Below, one piece after another: positions 28,481 through 41,484 of a stretch of DNA of 64,000 bases. The position numbers and the translations under genes were made by a program. Within the stretch, counting starts at the first letter, position 1. Every line of letters starts with the position of its first letter. The notes beneath the pieces were generated by a model that searched no databases, was not told where the DNA came from, and saw only the letters and a list, made by a program, of their open reading frames with translations. Origin of the DNA: the human T2T-CHM13v2.0 reference genome, Homo sapiens; NCBI RefSeq assembly GCF_009914755.1, contig NC_060929.1; one strand, written 5' to 3'.

Positions 28481-28830
28481 CACAGCCCAACACTGCCACT
28501 CTCTGTCTAGGTGAATGTCCTCCTTCCTTCTGCCAGTCACATTCCCCTGAGTTGATGGGTTCCAAGCATCATGAATCACTTAAAACGGTCATCCATGTTA
28601 CCTCCCTTGTGAAGTGTTTCCTGAGTTCCCCTAAGCTAAAAGAGCTGCTTAGTGCTTCCAAAGCTCTGTTTAATACTTTTATTATAGCAGTTATCAAATT
28701 ATATTATAATTATCTTCTTATGTGAGTCATTCCCCTATCAAAATATGGGCAACTTAAATATGGCGGGTTCATTTTCACACCTCTGGCATCCTGCACACTT
28801 CTTGGCACAAAGCAGGCATTGAATAATCTT
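28480..28830 (+). mobile_element. L2 3' fragment
   Basis: 'cctctggcatcctgcacacttcttggcacaaagcaggcattgaataa'. Confidence 0.6.
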
Positions 28831-28916
28831 TTTTTTTTTTGAATGGGAAAAATGAAAATATAAAAGAACAATGAATATTAAAGTGTGACAGGTCTTGGTA
28901 GTACATCATATCACAA

Positions 28917-29398
28917 TTGTTGACCCGAGCAATGCAGGCGTTAGAGGTGCCAACTCCCTGTGCAGCCAAACATCCATGTATAAATTTTGACTCCTCCAAA
29001 CTTAACTGCTAATAGCTAATTGACTGGAAGCCAGCAAACAGTTGATTAACACCTATTTTACATGTTATATGTATTATGTACTGTATTCTTACAAGAAAGT
29101 AAGCTAGAAAAAATAAAATGGGTATTAAGAAAATCATGAGGAAGAGAAAGTATAATTACTATTTATTCATTAAATGGATCCTATTCATTAAATGGATCAT
29201 CATCAATGTCTTCATTCTCATTGTTTTTCATACTGAATAAGCTGAGAAGGAGGCTAAATAGGAGGAGGGGTTGGTCTTGTTATCTCAGTGGTGGCAGAGG
29301 CAAAAGAAGTAAAGTAGATGGAAGAGGAGGCAGAAGAGGCAGACACACCTGGAGTCACTTTTATTGAAAAGAATCTGCATGTAAGTGAACCCACACAG
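28917..29398 (+). mobile_element. Tigger2-family (TcMar) DNA transposon, right end missing
   Basis: 'gttgaccc...aaattttgactcctccaaacttaactgctaatagc...tactgtattcttacaagaaagtaagctaga...tattgaaaagaatctgcatgtaagtgaacccacacag'. Confidence 0.88.
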
Positions 29399-29468
29399 CT
29401 CAGGTGATCCACCCGCCTCAGCCTCCAAAAGTGCTAGAATTAACAGGCATGAGCCACCACGCCCAGCC
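29399..29468 (-). mobile_element. Alu fragment (first ~70 nt of left arm)
   Basis: 'ctcaggtgatccacccgcctcagcctccaaaagtgctagaattaacaggcatgagccaccacgcccagcc'. Confidence 0.92.
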
Positions 29469-29470
29469 CG

Positions 29471-29628
29471 ATGTCTCCTCTTATAAGAGCACTAATCCAA
29501 TCATGAAGGCCCCCGCCTTATCACCTCATCTAACCCTCATGACCTCCCAAAGACCCTCCAAATATGATCACATTGGGGATGAGGACTTCAACATATGAAT
29601 TTTAGGGAGACACACTGAGTCCATAACA
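29471..29628 (-). mobile_element. MLT1A-like LTR fragment
   Basis: 'cttataagagcactaatccaatcatgaaggcccc...ttcaacatatgaattttagggagacacactgagtccataaca'. Confidence 0.85.
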
Positions 29629-31841
29629 GAAGGTAATAAACCAATTGTCTGAAGCTTGTTCTCTGGCTTGAGCTTCTTCCCTTAATATTAAACCACATGG
29701 AGTCCTAGATTCTGCATCTATAAAATGAGATCTTACTTTCCCCATCACGGTTATTGTTCAGGAAACATGCTGAAAGGGCCCTGAAAATGGGAAAACATTA
29801 TACACAGTGGGGTTAATATAAGGTCCTCTTTAATTTGGAGGCTGCTGTAGTCTGTGAGAAACTCCTAAATTGCTAGCAGTGCCACACAGAAACTCAGCAG
29901 GACTGGCAATCAGTAAAGCTTGTGTTTTCTCTCTTTGACTGCTTAGAAATTTTTGCCACGATGTAATTTTTATTAATTTATTTGAATAATTTGATAAACA
30001 GAATTTAATCTGTATAATGTCATTAGCTTTGTTTGTAGGCAAACTCTTTAATGAGAATGCAGAAGGAAATTTCGTGCACTGCATTAGCTTTTATTTGTAT
30101 TTTTTTGGCAGCCATAACACAAGGTTGGCTCCTTATTGTGAGGCTAATGCTGAACTAAAACCCTATCCATTGCCCCAGCGGTATGCCAGGGGCCAATCAT
30201 TCTTTTTTTTTTTTCTTTTTCTAGAAGGAAATCTTTACTGTCATGTAATGCTCAGGTTTATGCTGCATAGGGGGTAACAGAGAGAACATATATCCCTAGA
30301 GGGTGGCAGGAAGGAAGAGGATAGGAAAAGACTGGCTTGAAGATAGATGAGTTCCTGCTCTTTCTGCGTTAGCCACTTACCCGGGTAAGCAACTTGTCAC
30401 CATAAGAAACATTAAGGAAGTATAAGAGGAGATGAAGTCATTAAAAACTGCAATGAGGCAAACTATGGCAGTGATCATCTTTGGATGCCTCAGTGGAGTG
30501 AAAGGGGCAAAGAAAAAAAAATGAGATAAACTTGAAGTACTGACAAGAGTGGGTACTGCCAAAAAAAAAAAAATGCAGCTCTGTATAAACTAATAAGGTG
30601 TGGCTAGCCTCTTCTTTGCAATGCCCAGGACTTTTTCTCTTGCTTTCTCATGCTTTTTCTCACATATTCCTTGCCTTCTTGCAGGCTGATCTTTTCTTCC
30701 CTTGACTATTCTCTGTTGTACATTGTGCATAAAGAAAGGGAAATGATGCTTTGGGAGAATTTCTAGCAAAGTATCTTTACTTTTATCATATCAGCACACA
30801 GTACATCCAGTCTCTCTAGCTCTGAGATTGTTCATTTATGATACAACCTTTTGATCTCAGAGTGAGACACAGAAAGCCAATAGAAGGAGCACTCCTACAT
30901 CTACAGAATAAAGATAAATCTGAATGACTCTGACCCACAGGCCTAGCCACCTGAAAGTGCCACATACAGACAGAAATAAATGTTCTCTAAAGACTTCTTG
31001 CTGGCCATTTAAATTTTAATTTTATCCAAAGTCATTCCATGTTCTACATTTTTGTCTGATCACACACAAACAAAATGGCAGTGTTAGGAATGGGGAAGAA
31101 ATGGAACAAAAGCTTTTTCAAAGCAAAATCACAGCTAAAATTTTAAGGCAAAAGGCATAATTGTAGGTTCAACACTTTTCACTACTTCCATAACTTTTGC
31201 ATTTACATGAAGTGCTGGAAAAGCAAGGTGTCTTATTTTGGGAAAATCAATTTCAACTTTAGCCTGGCCTCGCTTATTATTTTGCATCTGATTTTTTAAA
31301 GAATAATTTAAAAACCTGAAAGCAGACAACATTATTATCATCATTAGAGCCACTGCTTTTTAAAAATAACTTCAGGTTGTGAGATTATGTCCAAGCCTGT
31401 CTCCTTTCTGTTCTTCTTTCTTTAGAATGAATTTTCTTGTCTGCATATTTTGTGGTCCAGAATGACTGTGAACAACAGATAATCACTGGAATATACCAAA
31501 ATTCCCTTTTTGAGTCATTTGTCCTCGTCCTCATCTTGACTTATCCTTCTTGTCTCTAAAGCCCTGATCTTAGAAACAAATACTTCTCTTTGGTTGATAT
31601 CCTGTTGAGTGCTGTAGTCTTTGTAATACTGAGATAGAGAAAACTGTGTACCCTAGGCTTCCAGAGTTTGGAGCGTGTACTTAGTAAACATGCAGGCCGA
31701 GATGCAAAAACAGGTATAGTTTCAATTTCCATACAAATCTTTGACTAGTAAGGGGTTTCTCACATCTCCAGGTTGCATCAAGCTGACTCATGACAGTGGC
31801 ATTAGAAGCACCCTGAAGAGTCTCCATGAGGCTTTGCTTAC

Positions 31842-32399
31842 TGTATTAGCCAGGGTTCACTAGAGGGACAGAGCTAACAGGATAGATGTGTATATGAAAG
31901 CGAGTTTATTAAAGGAGAATTGACTCACATGTTCACAAGTTTAAGTCCCATGATAGGCCGTCTGCAAGTTGAGGAGCAAGGAAGCCGGTGGTGGATCAGT
32001 CAGAGTCCCAAAACCTCAAAAGTCGGGAAGCCAACTGTGCACTTACAGTCTGTTTCCAAGGGCCCGAGAGCCCCTGTCAAACCGCTGGTGTCAATCCAAG
32101 AGTCCAAAAGCTGAAGAACTTGGAGTCTGATGTTTGAGGGCAGGAGGCATCCAGCATGAGACAAAGATGAAGGCTGGAAGACTCGGCAAATCTGCTCTTC
32201 CATCTTCTCTTGCTGCTTTATTCTAGCCACTTTGGCAGCTGACTAGATGGTGCCTACCGAGATTAAGGGTGAGTCTGCCTCTCCCAGTCCACTGACTCAA
32301 ATGTTAATCTCCTTTGGCAACACCTTCACAGACACACCCAGGAACAATACTTTGCATCTTTCAATCCAATCAAGTTGACACTCAATATTAACCATCACA
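31842..32399 (-). mobile_element. HERV-L solo LTR (MLT2A2-like), full length
   Basis: 'tgtattagccagggttcactagagggacagagc...ccaaaagctgaagaacttggagtctgatgtt...caatccaatcaagttgacactcaatattaaccatcaca'; TSD CTTAC/TTTAC. Confidence 0.93.
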
Positions 32400-33079
32400 T
32401 TTACCAACTGCCATTTACCTGTGTGATGTATTAGACTTCTGTAAGCTGGTAATGTCCTGACCACCACCTGCACTGTCAATTAAAATAAGAAGACTCATGT
32501 TTTTACTATACTATTTATTTTCCATTCTTTTCTTCTCTGAATCACACATTGAGCAAAACTATATAAAGCACCAATGATGTGTCACATATATGCTTATATT
32601 CTTGAAAAATAAATATTAATGTTCTACACTTTCAAGAAGCTCATAGTCTAGTGGGGAAAAAAATGCATAACCTTATCTATCCAGTTCAGAGAAAAATGTC
32701 ATGCAAGCACCTTTAGAAACTTAGCACAGTATCTTCTGATAAATATGGATAGAGATTATTTTTAATTGGGAAAAATAAAAATGAAATCAATAGTCATTAC
32801 CCAGTACTTATACATAAACAAGTTCATGTGAGTGGTAATTGCATGACAAGTAAATGCTTTCATTTATTGAAACTCTACTCTTGAACCTGGCATTAAGTTT
32901 CTTTAAAATCTAGCTTTAGTCATCACAGAGGAAGAAGGAAACATAAATAAGTAAATATTTAATTTTTAAAAAATCTAGCTTTAGACTATTCGGGAACATC
33001 ACCTATTTTCCCTAACACAGATGCACCTGCAGCTTTAAACTCCTTTCCTGGAACTTCTCTAAGTAAACCAGGTACATTC

Positions 33080-33870
33080 ATTTTATGATTCATTTATTAT
33101 ATATTTCTGGAGCACTGATGATGTGACAGATTCTGTGTGAGAAAGCATTGAGAATGAAAGGGTGAGCAGGAGTTACTAAAAGAAAGAGGTTAGCATGAGA
33201 TGGGGTTGCGATTCAGAATGAAAAGCAAATACAGAACCATCCCCTCACACCCCTCCCCCAGCAGTAAGATACAGTACATTGACACTAAAAAACTATACCT
33301 CACTCCAGGGAGCAGAGCAGTAAGAATTGAGTCTTCAAGGGAGGGCAGGGCCAGATGATGAAGCATGCTGCACTCCATGCCAAAGAGAACAGACCCAGGC
33401 AGCAGACAGGAGGGCCAGAAAACACAGGGAATAGTCTCTTGCAAAGAGCCAAGGGGAAAAAAATGAACTAAACAAGAATTTTATCGGAATGAGGAGAAGT
33501 GCAAGGATTTGAGAAATGTTAGATGTAGAAAAGATATATTATGAGGAATTATTTAATCTGGTGTTGGGAAGCAAGAAGGGAAAATGAGAGGAAAAGCTTG
33601 AGTTTCAGCTCTAAGCAACAAGATAAATAATAATGGTGCCATTTTCTGAGATATAGGCCAGAAGTGAAGCTTTGTAGGAGGGCAGGGGGCAAGGGAAGAT
33701 TAGGATTTCAATCTGGACCATGCTGGGTTTTGAGGCACGTATGTGACATTATACGGACATGGTCTCTAGAAAACATGAATCTTGAGCTCAATAGTGCACA
33801 AATTGGAAGAAAAGAAATCTCCCAGTCAGAGTTTTAGAGTAGAAAGAGAATGTAGAGCAGAATTCCTCAA
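33080..33870 (-). mobile_element. L2 relic
   Basis: 'atggtgccattttctgagatatagg', 'gatttcaatctggaccatgctgggttttgaggcac'. Confidence 0.55.
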
Positions 33871-34109
33871 ATACGATCTGAGCTTTATATTATTCAATTA
33901 TTCAAAATTACATTTTAATATGCAATAACTACAGCTTTAATTGCTCATTCATTCATCCAAGTTTATTAATCCATTTCTATGTGTTAGATGTAGACACAGA
34001 ACACTGAACAAGATGTAATCCTGTTAAGTGTGTCCTCAAACTCAAAATGTGCAGAAAAGCCTTTTTGGCATAGAAACTGAAAAGGCCTTCCCTCAGCCTC
34101 ACATGGAAA

Positions 34110-34360
34110 GAAGTAAAGTTTAGTGTTTGCAGAAACATGCCTAGAACCAGATTGGTTGGGTTTAAATTGCAGCTTCACCACCTGCTGGATAAGATTAGAA
34201 AGTTTCTTAAACTTTCTGTGCTGCTTCTTTTTCTCCCACCCATCTTAAAAGCAATAGTAATAATAGTTACTCTTTCATAGGGTTGTTATGAAGATTAAAA
34301 CAAAGCAGTTGGAATACTCCCTGGCACCGAGCAAATGCAATAAAAGTGTCAGCCATTATT
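34110..34360 (+). mobile_element. MIR
   Basis: 'ctagaaccagattggttgggtttaaattgcagcttcacc...tcatagggttgttatgaagattaaa'. Confidence 0.75.
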
Positions 34361-36169
34361 GGTGCTACCTAAGTACATTCAAGGATCTCACTCGAAAAAG
34401 CACATGAAGGAGAAGCTCACCACATAGGCTTTGCTGACTTTGTATAATTGCCTGCCAGGAGGTGCCAGGCTAGTAGACTGTGAATCATAATTGAAACTGA
34501 AAAAATTAATTATAAAATTTTGAGCAATTTAAAGTTAATTTCACTAATATTACACCATGAAACATGAAGTATTATGAAGACTCCTGATAAAAGAACAAAA
34601 GAGAAGAATAAATGCTGCATAATCATTTGATTCACCCTGGAGTCAGGTTCAGTAGTTACACCCCAAACATGGAGACTCTCAAACACCACAGTTTTCAGTA
34701 AAAATCAATGTGGCTGTACAACATTAATTTCTAATCTTGAGGCCTACTATTGAAAAATGCAGACACACCGGCTCTATAAAGAGAGCTGCTTTAAGCCGCG
34801 CTGATCCAAAAACATATGAACTACCTCATTTCAAAGCACTCCAGATGTATCGACTTCTTTCAACATACACTGGAGTGGAGCACTTTCCACTGGTTTGCAC
34901 AGTGCTCATCTTCTATATACAGCTTATTCTTCCTTCTCCTCTGTAAATAGTCATGAAGTGTGATTCATTCTATTCCTAAAGGACTCCTTCAATCACAGCA
35001 CAGGTCCCGAATGAGAGATGGCAACGGATCTGGAAAATAAGTTTGCTATGCTCTAGCATGAGCTAACACTGCCTATATCATTCAAAATGACTGGCTCACA
35101 GTCATGGATGTGGTGGCTCCAATTAACCTGCTCCATAAATACTTTTTAGCGAAGTCGGGCCAAAGAGATTAATGTATTTCAATTTGGAAATATTATTTAA
35201 AATTGACTGGTCCTGAGAGAGATTAGAAACACTGCAATTGACCACACACACAGAGTCATGAACCAATTATTTTACTGGCAATGTAATAACTGAGAAACTA
35301 TTCCTATCTTCCGTTCCACCATCTATTGAAAGCCACATCAAAAACTTAATAGGCTGCATGTATATTGAAGAAAAAGGGGGGAGCCAGCAATAACTGGATA
35401 CATATCTTGCAGAAGATTTATGTGCAGTGCAATCCTATGGTGATTCCAAGGTAGAATTGACTAGACACCCATATCTAGAATCTTCTTAGTTATTACGCTT
35501 TGAAAATGCAATGAATAGGTACATTGGATATTTGTTTTGTAAAGAACACTGAACATTAAAGAGTGAAGATAAAATTCAGTTTACTACTGTCTTGTCCATA
35601 CAACCACAGAATGCTAGCTATGATTGAAAGATCTTGTATCTGCGAGAATCAATATTTATGAGACCTAACAATTGTCTTAGAGAGATGGACTTAATGAACT
35701 GCATGCAGTAACTTAAATTGACCAAATATTTTGATAGATTTGTCGGAGTCCAAAATCAAGTAAAATAATGTCATAGAGTTTTATATTAACTTGTAAAATG
35801 GATTAGTTTCAATCCTTTTATGACAGTGCATTAAAAAATAATAACCCATACTCATCTAAAATTTCTGTTCATCTGATCACAGTGAGCCTCATCCCCTACC
35901 ACACTCTTCCATCTCTGTGTGCTGTTCTAGAAGGGAATTCTCTCTGTGATTTTCACTTGGCAGGAAGTCATAATTAAGATAATTAGTCTTATCTAATTTT
36001 TATTTGACTTCAAATACTTATTTTTCCCTTCAAACTCTTAAAATAATTGCAGTATTGAACTCCATCTGAAAGAATTATTGGGAAGGTCATGCAGTGTCTC
36101 GATTTGTCAGCCAACTCACATTACTTCCAAGTAATTAACTTTGCTGTTTACTAACTCAGAACAGGGGGG

Positions 36170-36214
36170 AAAAAAAGAAAAAAAAAAAATATATATATAT
36201 ATATATATGTATAT
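36170..36214. repeat. A-tract followed by (TA)n
   Basis: aaaaaaagaaaaaaaaaaaatatatatatatatatatatgtatat. Confidence 0.9.
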
Positions 36215-36814
36215 TTAAACTCCTGAACTCACAACCTATGGAGGGTACTAAAAGTATGAAAGTGCTTCAAAGAACCCAACAGGTTGGCAATTTCAAGATA
36301 GAAAGCTGAAGATCCTTAAAATTAAGACATGTGCAAAAACAATAAATTAATCAGCACTGCAAGTTCCCCAAATTTATGTCATTTCTAATATGATATACTT
36401 ACTAATAAAAAAAACTGAAAACTTGTCAATAAAATCAAATCTGTTCTTCTGTATAAAGCAATGAGGAAATAACAATGAAACATAAAGAATAAAAGCACTA
36501 ACACATGCCACAACTAATTGTGACAATCTTTATAATATCAATCATTTCCAGTTTTCAAGTTTGTCTAAAGCTGTCATTCTTAACATATTTTTTCTTTGAT
36601 ATACTTGTTAGATTCATTGTTTCAAGTGCTTTTACGTAAAACCACATCACGTCTACTGAACTATCTGCTATCATTGTCTCCAAGCCATTATTAAAAAAGA
36701 AATTCAGATCCCTGGGTTCAAAAAAATCATCTAAAATATTTCAAGTAACAAATATAAATGTTAAATGCAAAAGCCAAAAGTTAAAAAAGCCACTGTGACA
36801 TTTTTAATTACCTT

Positions 36815-37283
36815 TGCTATAGGCTGAATTGTGTTTCTCAAAAAAGATATGCTGAAATCTTAATCCCCAGTACCTCAGAATATGAGCTTATTTTGAAGTG
36901 GGATTTTTACAAAGGTAATCAAGTTAAAATGAGGTCATTGGGTGGACCACAATCCAACATGATGGGTGGCCTTATAAGAAGGGGAAATTTGGATACAGAG
37001 GCAGGCATGCAAGGAAAGCTGATATGAAGGGACACAAGGAGAACACCATGTGAAGACAGGGGACTAGAGTGATGCATCAACAAACCATGTGATTCCAGAG
37101 ATTGCCAGCAAACCACTGGAAACTTGAAAGAAGCAAGGAAGGATTCCCCTACAGGTTTTAGAGAGATGCCCTGCTGACATCTTGATTTTAGACTTTTAGG
37201 CTTCTACCACACAATACATTTCTATTGTTCTAAGCTACCCAGTTTATGGTTCTTTCATACACCAGGCCTAGGAAGCTCATATG
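36815..37283 (+). mobile_element. MaLR solo LTR (MLT1C-like)
   Basis: 'tgctataggctgaattgtgt...gtaatcaagttaaaatgaggtcatt...gagattgccagcaaaccactggaa...ctaagctacccagtttatgg'. Confidence 0.9.
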
Positions 37284-37745
37284 CTTCCATTACAAAGCTA
37301 GTGTCAGAGCCCAAAAATAAATCCATGCATTTATGGTCAATCAACTGATTTTCGACAACAGTACAAAGAACACACAATAGGGAAAGGACAGTCTTTTCCG
37401 TAAATGGTGCTGGGAAAACTTGATATCCACATGCAGAAGATTGGAATTGGATGCTTATCTCATGCTACATTTTTAAAAAATCAACTCAAAATGGATTAGA
37501 CTTACAGGTAAGACCTAAACTACTACTAGAAGAAACACTACTAGAAGAAAATGTAGGGAGAAAGCTCCATGGCATTGGTCTGGGCAATGATTATTTGGAT
37601 ATGGCACCAAAAGCACATGCAGTAAAAACAAAAATAGACAAAGAAGATTACATCAAATGAAAAAGTTTCTGCACAGCACTGGAAACAATCAACAGAGTGA
37701 AGAGATTTCAACCCACAGACTGGAAGAAAATATTTGCAAACCATA

Positions 37746-38112
37746 TGTCTTAGTCCATTTTCTGTTGCTATAACAGAATACCACAGACTGGGTAATTTAT
37801 AGAGAAATGGAGTTTGTTTTTAGCTCATGCTTCTGAAGGCTGAGAAGTTCAAGAGCACGGCACTGACATCTGGTGAGGACCTTCTTATTGCCTCATAACA
37901 TGAACAGAGGGCACCACATGGAAAGTGGGCAAGAACAAAAGAGTCAGAGAGCTTGATTTTACAACAAAGCCACTGCCTTAATAACAACCCCACTCCTGTG
38001 ATATTAGCATTAATCCATTAACCCATTCATGAGGGCATTAACCCATTCATGAGGGCACAGGAATTGAGTTTCCAATACATGAACTTTTGTAGAACACATT
38101 TAAACCATAGCA
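37746..38112 (-). mobile_element. MSTB-like solo LTR nested in L1MA
   Basis: 'tgtcttagtccattttctgttgctataacagaataccacagactgggtaattt...aaaccatagca'; perfect 5-bp TSD CCATA at 37741-37745 and 38113-38117. Confidence 0.93.
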
Positions 38113-38584
38113 CCATAAATTTAGTAAGTTAATAATATCCAAAATATGTAAGGAACTCAAACAACTCAATAGCAAAAAATAATAATAACCTGATTTTAAA
38201 ATGGGCAAAGAACCTGATTAACAGGTATGAGCGATATCTCATCAATATGTTAAAATGGCAATTATCAAAATGACAAATAATAACAAGTGCTAATGGGCAT
38301 GTGGAGAAAAGAGAACCCTTGCCTGCTGTTGGTGAGAATATACATTAGTACAGCTATTATGGAAAACAATATAAAGCGTCCTCAAAAAATTAAAAATAGA
38401 ACTGCCATATGATACAGCAATCCCACTGTTGAGTACATATTCAAAGGAAAGGAAGTCAGTATATCAAAAAGATGTCTGCAGCCCCATGGTCACTGACTTT
38501 TTCACAATAGCCAAGATGTGGAATCAACCTAAATGCCCATCAATGAATGAATGGATAAAGAATATTTGAGATATATATTTTTTC

Positions 38585-38589
<5 letters not shown>

Positions 38590-38632
<43 letters not shown>
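38590..38632. repeat. (TA)n microsatellite, ~21 units, perfect
   Basis: Uninterrupted TA run inside the L1MA. Confidence 0.95.
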
Positions 38633-38634
<2 letters not shown>

Positions 38635-39297
38635 AATATTATTTAGCCTTTAAAAAGAAGGAAATCCTACCATTTGCTGAACATGGATGACATTAAGTTA
38701 CATGAAATGAGCCAGGCTCAGAAAGACAACTACCACATGATCTCATTTATATGTGGAATCTAAAAGAAGTTTAATTTATAGAAGTGGAGAGTAGAATAGT
38801 GGTTAACAGGGGCTGTGTGCAGGGGTAGAAGAAGAGATGTTGGTTAAAGTATACAAAATTTTATTTAGATCAAAGGAGCAAGTTCAATAAATAAATAAAG
38901 CTAGTGTCCTTAGTGTCACTAATTTCTTAGCAGTTTTATTTTTTCAGAGATTTATATTATACCATACCATTTTCCTAGAGCAAAATAGTGAGGTGGAGCC
39001 AGGGAAAAAAAAATGAAACAGAAATGTCACATCACCTGAAAATCATGTAATATTCACTTAGAAAAATATAAATTTTTATTCAAGTATAATAATAGGAAAG
39101 TTAAGATACATTAGTCTTGAAACAAAGCTATCATAAATAAAAATTCAGGCAAATTCAAATTGTAGAATATTATTGCCAAGATATGGTAAATATTTTAAAC
39201 CCTACAGGTATCACAAGTTCAAATTACCAAGGGAGATTAAAACCTAGATGATCCATAAGAAGAGAGCCTATTTTTTTTCCTCTTATAGAATTACATC

Positions 39298-39468
39298 AGA
39301 GGGTGGAGGTTGGGAGAAGGGAGAGGATCAGGAAAAATAACTAACGGGTACTGGGCTTAATACCTGAGTGATGAAGTAATCTGTACAACAAACCCCCGTG
39401 ACACAAGTTTACTCTATGTAACAAACCTGCATTTGTACCCCAAACTTAAAATACAAGTTTTTTTAAAA
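39298..39468 (+). mobile_element. L1PA13-16-like 3' end fragment
   Basis: 'gagaggatcaggaaaaataactaacgggtactgggcttaatacctgagtgatgaagtaatctgtacaacaaacccccgtgacacaagttt'. Confidence 0.9.
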
Positions 39469-40719
39469 AGATATGATAGATTTTTTTTTAATGTAGGAAA
39501 GTCTAATTAAGAGGCATTTATACAAAATGTCCTGCAGAGGCTAACAAAACTGCCTGTATGAACTTTATCACATTTAACAAACCATTACCAGTAATTTCAC
39601 AGAGGAGGGGAATTATCCATTCTTTTCTTTCAAAATAAATTTTACAGGTTAGCATAACCCTCTTCCCTACTTCCTCACAATTTTCATGTTTGTAACAATT
39701 ATAAGGATATTCAAGGTGTCTGTTTGCATGCCAAATGATAAAAACAAAGCTGGTGTGGGAGCTATCATACAAGGTTTTAATTCAAGCTATCACAAGCCAA
39801 GGTCACGCTTGATCTCAGCTCCCAGAGGTGCTAACAGGCAACTTTCAATGGATTCAAATTATGGGCCAGATCATTAAATGAGCTGACTGACTCACTCATT
39901 CTTGCTATTAATAAAGAACTCATCTTGGAGATTTTCCGCACGGCTGTATGGATAACCTGAATTTATGTGGACCTCAGCAGTTCAAAGCCTGAATTCATTT
40001 TCTTGAAACAAGCAGAATCTGAAGTTTATTAGCATGGAAAAGAGTTCTCTTTTTATTAGATTATTCTGAAGTGCTGTCCATTACATAATATGCCACGCAT
40101 GTGGAACCTTTAGAATAAAAATTGTGATTGCCACTCAATGAGGGAGTATTTCTAAGATGTGACAGATTTTATAACTGTGAAGAAGGAAATATCTGCCTGT
40201 CTGGGTATCTTAGCCTTTCAAACATGCTCTTTAAATTAAAATTATAGCACATAGAAAACTTCATTACCTGTTTCAGCGGTAGATAATTGTTTCTCCTCTT
40301 TGAATATGTGCCCTTTTCAGGATAAGTATTCTGGACTATACAGAGCTGAACAAGTGGTAAATGGGTTTTCTCTGCTTTTCTATTGGCTGTCCCCAAGCAA
40401 TTACCTACACCCTGTTATAAATTAGGATACAAGAAACAGTGACCTACATTTTAATTAAGTCTTAAGTAATTTTTTACTTATGTTTTTAATAAATACAAAA
40501 GGGGTTAAGTGATTTAAAGTTTTTTCCTGCCAAATTTTACTTAAAAGACACTAAAGTAATCAATGGCAATGAAATACAATCAATCCCATTGAAATGAAAT
40601 GGCTAGGAAATTTAAAAGAAATGATAAAAGATTGGTTCATTGTCCTTAAAATTATTTAAAAATTGAAAATGATTCAAGGGATCATGGTATTTTCTATATT
40701 CTCATTTACTTATTTTTAA

Positions 40720-41270
40720 TCCATTTATCAAGCAACTACTCTTGGGAGTATTAGTCATATCTCACTCAATAGGGATGCAAAGATAGCCTCCATCCTCAAA
40801 TAATTCACTGTTTAAATAGCGCAAACAAATATCGAGAAATAACTGAGTAATTTTTGGTAAAGGTTGGAAAATGTGCCCTGATGGTATCAAAGAGTGGGTC
40901 CCAGAACCTCAATAAAAAGAGAGAAAGAGAAGAAACTCACAGAACAGGACACAGTTGGTTGGCATCTTAAACAATGAATAGAGCTTCAACAAGTGAGCAA
41001 AGTAAGGAAGGAAGCTTCATCAACATCTTGGCATACGAAATGGAACTCCCAAGACCTTGACATGCTTGAAGCATAGGTTGTGAGTAGTGTCTTGGGGAAA
41101 GGAAGATTAGCAAGAGGGACCAAAAGGGTCAGAGGAAAGAGATGAAGTCATGAAGGAATGAATGCAGAAGAGAGTGGACCTCTCTGTTGTCAATAGGATG
41201 CCATTAAGGGATTTTATCAAGGTCTGTCTAATGTGCCTTTTATTATTAAAAGATAATTGTGGAAGTTGCT
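40720..41270 (-). mobile_element. L2 relic
   Basis: 'ccatttatcaagcaactactc...', 'gtcaataggatgccattaagggatttta'. Confidence 0.45.
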
Positions 41271-41484
41271 ATAGTTAGTCGGCTGATAGTTCTGCATGTC
41301 TTCTTCTGGCCTAAAAATGACCAAAAAAAAAAAAAAAAAAAGAAACAAAAAGTTACATTAACAAAATAAATTCCTAAGACTAAGTAAGAATGGCAGAATG
41401 GCAAAATAAGTGGCAAAGGTGGACTAGAAATGTAAGAACAAAGATAGAAGGGAAAACATCAAGAGACTATGATTCCAAGGTAGG

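Larger units (their letters stand above)
37305..38899 (+). mobile_element. L1MA 3' portion (ORF2 end + 3'UTR), interrupted by MST LTR
   Basis: 'ggaaaggacagtcttttccgtaaatggtgctgggaaaact', 'atagaactgccatatgatacagcaatcccact', 'gagatgttggttaaagtatacaaaattttatttaga'. Confidence 0.92.
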
